This document shows positions 56,903 through 64,000 of a DNA stretch of 64,000 bases, piece after piece. Source of the stretch: Asticcacaulis sp. (GTDB lineage Bacteria > Pseudomonadota > Alphaproteobacteria > Caulobacterales > Caulobacteraceae). The stretch spans positions 2,100 through 66,099 of the forward strand of contig NZ_JBQCHT010000010.1 of assembly GCF_051954415.1 (NCBI RefSeq). The letters run 5' to 3'. Below the pieces are notes generated by a model, which worked only from the letters and a program-made list of their open reading frames with translations, ran no database searches and was not told the origin of the DNA. The translations under genes were made by a program, and so were the position numbers. Positions within the stretch are counted from its first letter, which is position 1. Every line of letters starts with the position of its first letter.

Positions 56903-56931
56903 TATATGCGCAAATGCTGCTGTTGCGTCAA
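56903..56931 (-). promoter_or_regulatory. Promoter of the S-box leader (TTGACG-N17-CATATA)
   Basis: The hexamers lie immediately upstream of the aptamer on the minus strand. Confidence 0.45.
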
Positions 56932-57013
56932 GAGGGCTTCATCGGGCGGAATATATTCCGGAGGCAAAAGCTCAGGGTTGCACATGTCGAACGCCTAACA
57001 TAATGTGCGCGGT

Positions 57014-57736
57014 ATGATAGACCTCAGCAAATTGCAGCGTTTCGGTTTTCCCGCCACAACTTTTCTACTGCCGGAACTTGAAAAGCAGAATATCGAGTGT
57101 GGAACGCTCTATCTGAGCGAGACGGCTAAAAAAAAGCCACCAAGAATTACGCATTCAGATAATGCGGCAAAAAATACAATTATCGTATGTTGTCCGCTGG
57201 ACGCTCCGATTATGCTTCAAGGCTCTGATAATCTCGTTGTTATCATTGGCGCGTCTAATAAGCAGGCGAGAATGGGGCTGAACTTCTGGGGCGACAATGC
57301 TATCTTCGCTATAGGTCAGGGCACAACTGTTGGCGGCCTGGAGGCTGAATTTCGTAACGATGACGCCTTGATTATCGGTGCAGATTGCATGATTTCCAAA
57401 GGTGTAACTTTTCGCCCCAACGACATGCACCCGGTTTTTGATGAAACTGACCGACAGATTAATAAGTCGGCGCCCATTGTTGTCCGGGACCACGTGTGGA
57501 TTGGCCAGTCTGTCATGGTGCTAAAGGGAAAGACAATCGAAGCGGGAGCCGTGATAGGGGCCGGTTCTGTCATAACGAAGGATGTTCCGCAAGCGTGCGC
57601 GGTTGGGGGAAATCCTGCTAAAATCGTACGAGAGCGCATATATTGGACCCGCGACAGAATACCCACATATAGTGAGCGTCAGGAAGCCAAGAGTTATATT
57701 CAGCCAGTTATTGGCGTTGCTGCAACCGGCCGATAA
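57014..57736 (+). CDS. Hexapeptide-repeat (left-handed beta-helix) O-acyltransferase, low-GC
   Basis: The sequence has DHVWIGQSVMVLKGKTIEAGAVIGAGSVITKDVPQACAVGGNPAKIV. Two hand-counted 100-nt samples gave about 44% GC. Confidence 0.75.
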   Translation: MIDLSKLQRFGFPATTFLLPELEKQNIECGTLYLSETAKKKPPRITHSDNAAKNTIIVCCPLDAPIMLQGSDNLVVIIGASNKQARMGLNFWGDNAIFAIGQGTTVGGLEAEFRNDDALIIGADCMISKGVTFRPNDMHPVFDETDRQINKSAPIVVRDHVWIGQSVMVLKGKTIEAGAVIGAGSVITKDVPQACAVGGNPAKIVRERIYWTRDRIPTYSERQEAKSYIQPVIGVAATGR

Positions 57737-57929
57737 TATGTTAGCCCTTTCCGCATTTAATGGGGCTCCGCCGGGCAGACGATGAGTGCTCCCGCTGCCA
57801 GTCGGCACCAGCAAAACATGGCAAACTGAGGTTAGTTCGGATTCCAAATCCTGATAGCAAGCTTCCGTCGTATGGTAATAGGTTTTTGTGAGCAGAGTCT
57901 CACCAAGACATTTTGGTGCCATTTATCTT

Positions 57930-58844
57930 CTATGCCGCGGGCTTAGCCGGCCTGAATCGGCGCCATTCGGAGAGGACGATCCCCCCGCAGACCAGGGCCA
58001 ACGCCACCAGATGGAAGCCATGCAGCGGTTCGCGCAGGATCAGCACAGCCAGGAAGACGCCGAAGATCGGCAGCAGGTTGATGAACAGGCCGGCGCGGTT
58101 GGGGCCGATCAGTTCGATGCCGGCGATATAGGTGGCCGAGGCGAGCAGTGCGACGAACAGCGCGGCATAGGCGACGACGCCCCAGCCGGTGGCGTCCGGT
58201 GCCGCGAAGGGATGCGTAAACGCGCGCCAGATGATGAAGGGCACGCAGGTCAGGGCGCCGCCGATGCAGGGAATGGCCAAAAGGCTCTGCCAGTGGATCA
58301 TCGGCTTCCATTTCAGACTGATCGTATAGCCGCCATAGACGAGTATGGCGCCCAGCATCATCATGTCGCCGATATTGAGCTTGAGGTGCAGAAGCTGGTG
58401 GATATCGCCGTGGCTGGCGGTGATCAGCACGCCAGCGAAGGTCATGACAAAACCGGTGAGTTGCGCCGCTGTCGCCCTAATGCGGAACAGCAGGAAATTG
58501 CCGAGAAAGATGATCAGCGGAATCCCGGCCTGTTCGATCATGACATTGACCGCCGCCGTCTGGGTGAGGGCCGAATAGAGGAGGATATTGAACAGGGCAA
58601 ATCCGCTGGCGCCATAGCCGAACAAAAGCGGCCAGTGGCGTTTGATCGCCGGCCAGTCGGCTTTCAGATGTTTGACGGACAGGATCGTGATGACGAGGGC
58701 GGCGATCGACCAGCGCAGGGTGGTCAGCAGGATCGGGTCGATATGGCCGGCGGCGATCTTGCCCGCCACGCTGTTGCCGGCCCAGATCAGGCTGGTCAGG
58801 ATGAGAAGGCCATAAGCCCGGAAAAGAACGGCGCGGCTGTGCAT
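57930..58844 (-). CDS. EamA/DMT-family transporter
   Basis: It has 10 TM segments and the two-EamA-repeat pattern. The ATG at 58844 is preferred to the longer tracked ORF. Confidence 0.8.
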   Translation of the reverse strand: MHSRAVLFRAYGLLILTSLIWAGNSVAGKIAAGHIDPILLTTLRWSIAALVITILSVKHLKADWPAIKRHWPLLFGYGASGFALFNILLYSALTQTAAVNVMIEQAGIPLIIFLGNFLLFRIRATAAQLTGFVMTFAGVLITASHGDIHQLLHLKLNIGDMMMLGAILVYGGYTISLKWKPMIHWQSLLAIPCIGGALTCVPFIIWRAFTHPFAAPDATGWGVVAYAALFVALLASATYIAGIELIGPNRAGLFINLLPIFGVFLAVLILREPLHGFHLVALALVCGGIVLSEWRRFRPAKPAA

Positions 58845-58999
58845 GGGGCTGCTTTGCCGTATTGCCGTCCATTGTTCAAGCCCGGTTACGGTTGCGTCCG
58901 AAACCAACACTAAGAATCTTAACGCCAAACACGTTTTTTCTTGGCTCCGGCGTCAAAGTCTTATAGCGACCGTGCAAATTGGTCTGAAACGGGTGAATT

Positions 59000-60670
59000 A
59001 TGTCTGTCCTGGTCGTTAAGTTCGGTGGGTCTGTGCTGACGAGCGAAAGCGCGCTGCAACGCGCGGTCTCCGAGATTTACCGCTATGTCCGCGACGCCCA
59101 CAAGGTGATCGCCGTGGTTTCGGCCTTCAAGGGCCAGACCGACCAGCTTCTGCGCCTGGCGGGCAGCTACACGCAGGCCTCCGTATCCTCGGCCACGCCG
59201 CACCTGGTGGCGACCGGTGAAATGCGGGCCGCCACGCTTCTGGCCATGGCCTGCGAGCGGTCCGGCATCGTGACGCAGTTCCGTTCGGCCAACGAGATCG
59301 GGCTGGTGGCCGATGGCGAACACCTGAACGCCAATCCGGTCTCTATCAAGTCCGAAGTGCTGACCGCCGACTTGGCTAAGGTCGACCTGGTGGTCGTGCC
59401 CGGCTATGTGGCGGAAAACGCCGCTGGTGAGCCGGTGCTGCTCGGTCGTGGCGGTTCGGACTTGACGGCTGTTTTCATCGCCAAGTCGCTGGGTGTCACC
59501 GCCCGCCTGATCAAGGATGTCGATGCGGTCTACGATGCCGATCCGGCCAATGTCGGTGATTCCGCCAAACCATATGAATCGCTGAACTGGGACGAGGCGC
59601 TGAAGATCGCCTTCCCGGTCGTGCAGGGCAAGGCCATGCGCTTCGCCGCCGATAATAACCTGACCGTACAGGTGGCCGGCCTGGCCAAGGGCTATGAAAC
59701 GACGCTCGGCACCGAAACCGTCTATCGCAAGACCCAGACCCTGAAGCGCCCGATCCGTATTGCCGTGATGGGCGCCGGCGGGGTTGGTTCCAAGTTCCTG
59801 GAGCGTTGCCTGGAATGGCCCGAAATGATCGAGGTCGATCGCATCCTGGTTCGCGATGCCTCGAAGCGCCGCGATCATCCGCTGGCGGCGAAATTCACCT
59901 CGGATGCCCGGTCGTTCGTGCGCAATGATGTCGATGTGTTCGTCGATATCGGCACCGGGGTATCGCCTTCGGCCGAACTGCTGGAAGGCTTCCTGAAGGC
60001 CGGTGTTTCGGTCACCAGCGCCAACAAGCAGGCTGTGGCGGCTTCGGCCGACAAGTTGCGCGCCGCCGCCAAGGCTTCCGGCGCCATGCTGACCTATTCA
60101 GCCTCGGTCGGTGGCGGCGCCCCGATCATCGAGGCGCTGAAGCGCGCCGCAGCGGCGGGCCACAAGGTCAAGTCGCTGGCGGGCGTGCTCAACGGCACCT
60201 CCAATTTCGTCATCGACCAGGTGGAATCGGGCAAGACCTTCGATGCCGCCATGGATGAGGCCCGTCGTCTCGGGTTCGCCGAACCGGACTCGACTGCCGA
60301 TCTCGACGGCACCGATGTCGGCGCCAAGCTGAAACTGCTGCGCGAAATCGCCTTTCCCGGCCAGACGCCGAAACATATCGAGGTCGGCCAGATCACCGAG
60401 GAGTCGCTGGTCATTCCGAAAGGCAAGGGCCTGCGCTATGTGGCGCGCGCCTATCCGACGGCGAATGGCCTGGAAGGTTCGATGAAGCTGGAAGTGCTGG
60501 ATGCCGACCACTATCTCGTCGGCGCGCGCGGCGAGCAGAACCGCGCCATTATTGAGCTTGATAACGGTGAGACCTGGTACGTCACCGGCAAGGGCGCCGG
60601 CGCCTGGCCAACCTCGGAATCGCTGCTGGCCGATACCCTGCAAATCGCCCGCGAGATGCCCCTGAAATAG
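59000..60670 (+). CDS. Aspartokinase-like domain fused directly to homoserine dehydrogenase (no ACT domains)
   Basis: The N-terminal half has VVKFGGSVL, GRGGSD and DVDAVYDADP. The C-terminal half has IAVMGAGGVGS, NGTSNFV and LGFAEPDSTADLDGTDVGAKL. The linker between the halves is about 10 aa. Confidence 0.8.
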   Translation: MSVLVVKFGGSVLTSESALQRAVSEIYRYVRDAHKVIAVVSAFKGQTDQLLRLAGSYTQASVSSATPHLVATGEMRAATLLAMACERSGIVTQFRSANEIGLVADGEHLNANPVSIKSEVLTADLAKVDLVVVPGYVAENAAGEPVLLGRGGSDLTAVFIAKSLGVTARLIKDVDAVYDADPANVGDSAKPYESLNWDEALKIAFPVVQGKAMRFAADNNLTVQVAGLAKGYETTLGTETVYRKTQTLKRPIRIAVMGAGGVGSKFLERCLEWPEMIEVDRILVRDASKRRDHPLAAKFTSDARSFVRNDVDVFVDIGTGVSPSAELLEGFLKAGVSVTSANKQAVAASADKLRAAAKASGAMLTYSASVGGGAPIIEALKRAAAAGHKVKSLAGVLNGTSNFVIDQVESGKTFDAAMDEARRLGFAEPDSTADLDGTDVGAKLKLLREIAFPGQTPKHIEVGQITEESLVIPKGKGLRYVARAYPTANGLEGSMKLEVLDADHYLVGARGEQNRAIIELDNGETWYVTGKGAGAWPTSESLLADTLQIAREMPLK

Positions 60671-60682
60671 TGGAATAATGCA

Positions 60683-61033
60683 GTGACCCCTGAAGCCTTC
60701 AACGCCTTCTGCGCCACCTTGCCCCAATCCACCCATGTGGTGCAGTGGGGCGGGGCGGATGTCTGGAAGGTGGGCGGCAAGGTGTTTGCCATTGCCGGGT
60801 TCCTGGAAGATGTCGGGCTGTCGGTCAGTTTCAAGGTGACGCCAATCGGCTACGAGCTACTGAGCGATGCCGAAGGCTGCCGGCCGGCGCCCTATCTGGC
60901 TTCGCGCGGCATGAAGTGGATTCAGGCCCGTGGCATTGCGGACGATGACCTGATGGATCATGTGCGCGGGTCTTATGATCTGATCGCCGCGGCCCTGCCA
61001 AAAAAGACGAAGCGCGAACTGAGATTTTTATGA
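60683..61033 (+). CDS. MmcQ/YjbR-family protein
   Basis: The sequence has FNAFCATLPQSTHVVQWGGADVWKVGGKVFAI. It starts at a GTG. Confidence 0.7.
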   Translation: MTPEAFNAFCATLPQSTHVVQWGGADVWKVGGKVFAIAGFLEDVGLSVSFKVTPIGYELLSDAEGCRPAPYLASRGMKWIQARGIADDDLMDHVRGSYDLIAAALPKKTKRELRFL

Positions 61034-61863
61034 ACTACAGACACGGCTTCCACGCCGGAAATTTCGCCGATCTCGCCAAGCACGCCGCTATGTTGACCTT
61101 GCTGCGTCTGTTGCGGAACAACGAAAAGCCGCTGCTGGTGGTCGATACCCATGCCGGCGCCGGCCATTATGACCTGTCCAATCCCGATTTTGCCCGCTCG
61201 AAGGAAGCCGAAGCCGGTATTAAATACCTGATGGGGCGTGATGTACCGGAAAGCCTGAAGCCGCTGGCCGATTATGTCCGGGCCAAGAATGCCAAGGCGG
61301 GATTCAAGGGACAGATCGGCATCTATCCCGGTTCGCCGGTGCTGATTCTCGATCATCAGCGCGCCGGCGACCAGTATGTCGGCTGTGAACTGCGAGACGA
61401 CGATTACCGCCTTCTGCATGACCGCATCGAACCGCGTGGCCAGGCCATCAAGGCCGACGGCTTCAAGGTGGCCCTGCAGACGACAGAAGGCGATGAGGAT
61501 CTGCTGTATCTGATCGATCCTCCCTTCGAGAAACCGGACGATTACAAACGCATCACCGGGACGGTGCGCAATGTGCTGACCTTGCGGGCGGATGCGCGCT
61601 TCCTGATCTGGCTGCCGCTCAAGGACCTGGAAACCTTCGATTCGTGGCTGCGTCATATGGAACGCGAAATCGGCGAAATGGCGCCGATGGCGGTGGCCGA
61701 ACTGCGCCTGCGCCCGTTGTGGAACCCGATGAAGATGAACGGCTGCGCCCTGGTGACGGTCAATGCACCGGAGGACTTCGCACCGTTATTGACGGCGATC
61801 TGCGAAGACGTGGTGGCGACCTTTGGTGAGGCGGACGGTCAGGCGCGCATACGGATTTTGTGA
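61030..61863 (+). CDS. rlmJ: 23S rRNA (adenine2030-N6)-methyltransferase RlmJ
   Basis: The sequence has MNYRHGFHAGNFADLAKH...IDPPFE. Confidence 0.9.
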   Translation: MNYRHGFHAGNFADLAKHAAMLTLLRLLRNNEKPLLVVDTHAGAGHYDLSNPDFARSKEAEAGIKYLMGRDVPESLKPLADYVRAKNAKAGFKGQIGIYPGSPVLILDHQRAGDQYVGCELRDDDYRLLHDRIEPRGQAIKADGFKVALQTTEGDEDLLYLIDPPFEKPDDYKRITGTVRNVLTLRADARFLIWLPLKDLETFDSWLRHMEREIGEMAPMAVAELRLRPLWNPMKMNGCALVTVNAPEDFAPLLTAICEDVVATFGEADGQARIRIL

Positions 61864-61918
61864 TCGCCAAACTTTTGTGATCGCCAATCTTTTTGTGATC
61901 GCTCGCCGTATTGGCGAT
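61856..61918 (+). repeat. Three direct repeats TTTTGTGATCGC(CAA) with 17/18-bp period plus one inverted half-site TTGGCGAT
   Basis: The copies are at 61856-61870, 61873-61887 and 61891-61902. The inverted copy is at 61911-61918. Confidence 0.8.
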
Positions 61919-61973
61919 TTATGCCCCCTATGCTATGTTGCGCCGCAATATTCCCCATAACCCAGAGGCCGAG

Positions 61974-62540
61974 ATGTTGAGCATGACCGATTACCCGACG
62001 CCGAAATTTCCCGCCACCCCTGAAGAGGTCAAGGCGGCCTCCGAAAAAATGGTGAATTTCTGGGTCGGCGCCCTGTCACCGATGTGGGTGCCCTTCTGGG
62101 CCGCCTCCAGCTTCGGCCTGGGCGCCTGGGCGATGACCCAAAGCCTCAGCAAGGGCGAAGGTTTGCTGAAGGACATGCCGCAAATGACCGACCTTGCCGG
62201 GAAATGGCCAGGCTTCGGCGTGTGGGGCGGGGCCACGGCCGCTGCGGAACCCGTGGCCAAGGCGGCGGAAAAAGAGGTCACCGCCATGGCTGACGAGGCG
62301 GCGGATATGGCGAAAACCACCGTTAAGGCCGCGGCAGAGACGATTGAAAAGGTAGCGGATACGGTCACTGAGATTGCCCCTGAGCCCGAAATCGTCTTTG
62401 ATCCGGTGATCGAAGCCCCGGTGGCGGTGAGCGAAGCGGTGCTGGAAGCGCCGGCCGTGCTCAAGGCGGCCGCCAAGGTCGAACCCAAGCCGATCGCCAA
62501 GGCCGTCTCGGCCGTCAAAAAGCCGACAAAGAAGTCTTAA
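61974..62540 (+). CDS. Hypothetical protein with one Trp-rich hydrophobic segment and an Ala/Glu/Lys-rich tail
   Basis: The ORF has a plausible SD (CAGAGG). The sequence has FWVGALSPMWVPFWAASSFGLGAWA. I recognise no family. Confidence 0.5.
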   Translation: MLSMTDYPTPKFPATPEEVKAASEKMVNFWVGALSPMWVPFWAASSFGLGAWAMTQSLSKGEGLLKDMPQMTDLAGKWPGFGVWGGATAAAEPVAKAAEKEVTAMADEAADMAKTTVKAAAETIEKVADTVTEIAPEPEIVFDPVIEAPVAVSEAVLEAPAVLKAAAKVEPKPIAKAVSAVKKPTKKS

Positions 62541-63463
62541 TTCAGGGTTGGCCGGATATCGACCACGATCGGTCGGTGGTCCGATCCGTTATCCGGCCCG
62601 ACCTTGCGGCGTGACAGGCTGAAATTCCTGCCGGCGAAGGCATTGTCGATGCCGATGCGCAATACGCCCGGCAGTACTGATGGCCATGTGCCAACTGGCG
62701 CCGCCATCGGCCTGAAGCCCATGTCGTGCGCGAAATCCTGCAACAGATAGGCGCTTAGGTCAGAGTTGAAGTCCCCGACCATAACGGTATTCGGGCGCTG
62801 GTCCGCCGTTATGTCCGCCCGCAAACGCGTCATTTGCGACGACTGGCAGTCATGGGTCTCGATCTTCGGCTGGCAAAGATGCACGACCGCGAGGTGCATC
62901 AGGCCCTGGGGCGTGCGGATATCGAGCATGTCGAAGCTGTATTCCGTATCGCCGCGATGGCTCGCCAGGATCGGATAGCGCGAATAGACGACCGTATCGT
63001 GGTATTTGTAATGGTACGGATAGCGGCTGTCGACCATCGGCGTGTATTTGGGATCGGTCAGGTTTTCAACCGTGGCGATGATATCCGGTTTCTCTTCGTT
63101 GACCCAGTCCAGCAGGCGCTCGGGCGTCTTGTTGTGGATATACAGGTTGGCGAACATCAGCCGCACAGCCGGCACTGTGGCTTGCGCCGGAGCTTGCGTC
63201 ACGAAGGCTTGCGGTGCCAGGGCCAGCAGCCAGACGCCACTGGCGACTGCGCCGAGCCGCCAGGCGGCTTTTTCCCGGACCAGCCAGAAGGCCACGGTCA
63301 GCCCCACCGTCAGCGTCAGAAAGGGCAGGGTAAAGATATCGATGAGATAGAGCGGGGGATAATGAAAGGTCTTGAGGCAGATCAGCCCGCCCGCCAGCGA
63401 CAGGGCGGATGCGCCGATGCACAGACTTGACCAGCTTGTTCTGAGGACAGTGATCACGCGCAT
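62537..63463 (-). CDS. Membrane-anchored endonuclease/exonuclease/phosphatase (EEP) family protein
   Basis: The sequence has GDFNSDLS...GSDHRPIVVDI and N-terminal TM segments. The start is uncertain (63463, or 63625 for the tracked ORF). Confidence 0.75.
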   Translation of the reverse strand: MRVITVLRTSWSSLCIGASALSLAGGLICLKTFHYPPLYLIDIFTLPFLTLTVGLTVAFWLVREKAAWRLGAVASGVWLLALAPQAFVTQAPAQATVPAVRLMFANLYIHNKTPERLLDWVNEEKPDIIATVENLTDPKYTPMVDSRYPYHYKYHDTVVYSRYPILASHRGDTEYSFDMLDIRTPQGLMHLAVVHLCQPKIETHDCQSSQMTRLRADITADQRPNTVMVGDFNSDLSAYLLQDFAHDMGFRPMAAPVGTWPSVLPGVLRIGIDNAFAGRNFSLSRRKVGPDNGSDHRPIVVDIRPTLN

Positions 63464-63562
63464 CTGAGTCCAATCGGTATTGACAAAAGCGGTGTCCGCC
63501 CCGCTACTGGTTAATAGTGCCAGTCTGTAGCGTCTATATGTGTCGATCCATTGGGGGGCAAG

Positions 63563-63617
63563 GGCCAGAGCCTTTTCCCAGTTAAATAATCTGAAAAAGG
63601 CTCCGGCCTTTTCGTTT
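63563..63617 (+). terminator. Orphan terminator-like long hairpin plus U-tract
   Basis: GGCCAGAGCCTTTT-17 nt-AAAAGGCTCCGGCC forms 14 bp with 1 mismatch and is followed by TTTTCGTTT. Confidence 0.5.
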
Positions 63618-63666
63618 GTACGCACTTTTTAATCCAAATAGTGCGGACACTTTTGGGAAAGTGCTC

Positions 63667-64000
63667 ATGTTCGCAAAAACACATGACGAGGTGCGCCGCA
63701 TCTATGACTCGGTGGATACGGTCAAGCGCCTGTCTGATCGCATCATCGGCATAGGGCCTATCAATATTATCGGCCTGGACGGTATTTTGGCGTGGTTTCC
63801 CGGCGTGGCGCCCGTCTATTCGGTGCTGGCCGGCGGGTTTATTCTCCTTCAGGGGCTGCGCGCGCGCTGCGATCCGGTGACCTTGGTCGCCGCCTTTATC
63901 GTTCTGGCCATGGATAGCGGCATCAGCGTGTTTGACGGCATTATTCCGGTAATCCCCGCCGGCAGTATCCTCGATACCTTCTTCCAGGGGCACCTTTATG
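63667..64000 (+). CDS. DUF4112-like membrane protein, 3'-truncated by the window edge
   Basis: My own translation from the ATG at 63667 is MFAKTHDEVRRIYDSVDTVKRLSDRIIGIGPINIIGLDGILAWFPG... The frame is open to the window end. It is not in the ORF track because there is no stop. Confidence 0.6.
   Translation, partial: MFAKTHDEVRRIYDSVDTVKRLSDRIIGIGPINIIGLDGILAWFPGVAPVYSVLAGGFILLQGLRARCDPVTLVAAFIVLAMDSGISVFDGIIPVIPAGSILDTFFQGHLY

Noticed and set aside
57521-57922. A 133-aa minus-strand ORF partly covering the spacer after the acyltransferase gene.
   Set aside because: It overlaps the 3' end of the acyltransferase gene in antisense, has no SD or motifs, and its codon usage is atypical.
57888-58913. 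A 341-aa + strand ORF opposite the EamA transporter gene.
   Set aside because: Its composition is highly charged (D/E/R/G/Q-rich) and has no fold signature. The minus-strand product shows a clean 10-TM EamA pattern.

Overview
This is a 64-kb chromosomal window at about 58-60% GC. Gene order and regulatory motifs look alphaproteobacterial and Caulobacterales-like, but that is inference only. From 3.05 to 17.65 kb on the + strand lies a complete S10-spc-alpha ribosomal cluster: rpsJ-rplCDWB-rpsS-rplV-rpsC-rplP-rpmC-rpsQ-rplNXE-rpsNH-rplFR-rpsE-rpmD-rplO-secY-adk-rpsMK-rpoA-rplQ. It has no rpmJ, infA or rpsD. It is interrupted by several unusually long structured spacers: the rpsJ leader, rpsH-rplF, a tandem terminator pair between rpmD and rplO, and 239 nt between rpoA and rplQ. 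The rest is mostly housekeeping and envelope genes. These include GH43 and GH51 arabinoxylan hydrolases, an NPP phosphodiesterase, an MFS pump, DegP, M61/M28/M23 peptidases, rarA, lipB, mgtE, panC, sfsA, rlmJ, three pseudouridine synthases, two tRNA-Leu genes and ohrR-ohr with its operator. I saw no rRNA, CRISPR array, transposase or integrase. The items most worth follow-up are these. (1) A SAM-I (S-box) riboswitch drives a metX-lipoprotein-metB-methyltransferase operon. It sits next to a low-GC acyltransferase islet, an EamA exporter and an aspartokinase-homoserine dehydrogenase fusion with no ACT regulatory domain. (2) A 778-aa GH24 lysozyme has no signal peptide and is fused to about 200 aa of E/R/A/Q/L pentad repeats, a Pro-rich spacer and a C-terminal TM hairpin. 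It is convergent with a cNMP-binding patatin lipase. (3) A VapC toxin is paired with an atypical 140-aa two-part antitoxin. (4) There are stand-alone small ORFs, iteron-like direct repeats and an orphan promoter/terminator pair. No single compact locus could be shown from sequence alone to be a new system. All functional calls come from motif recognition by eye, not from database searches.
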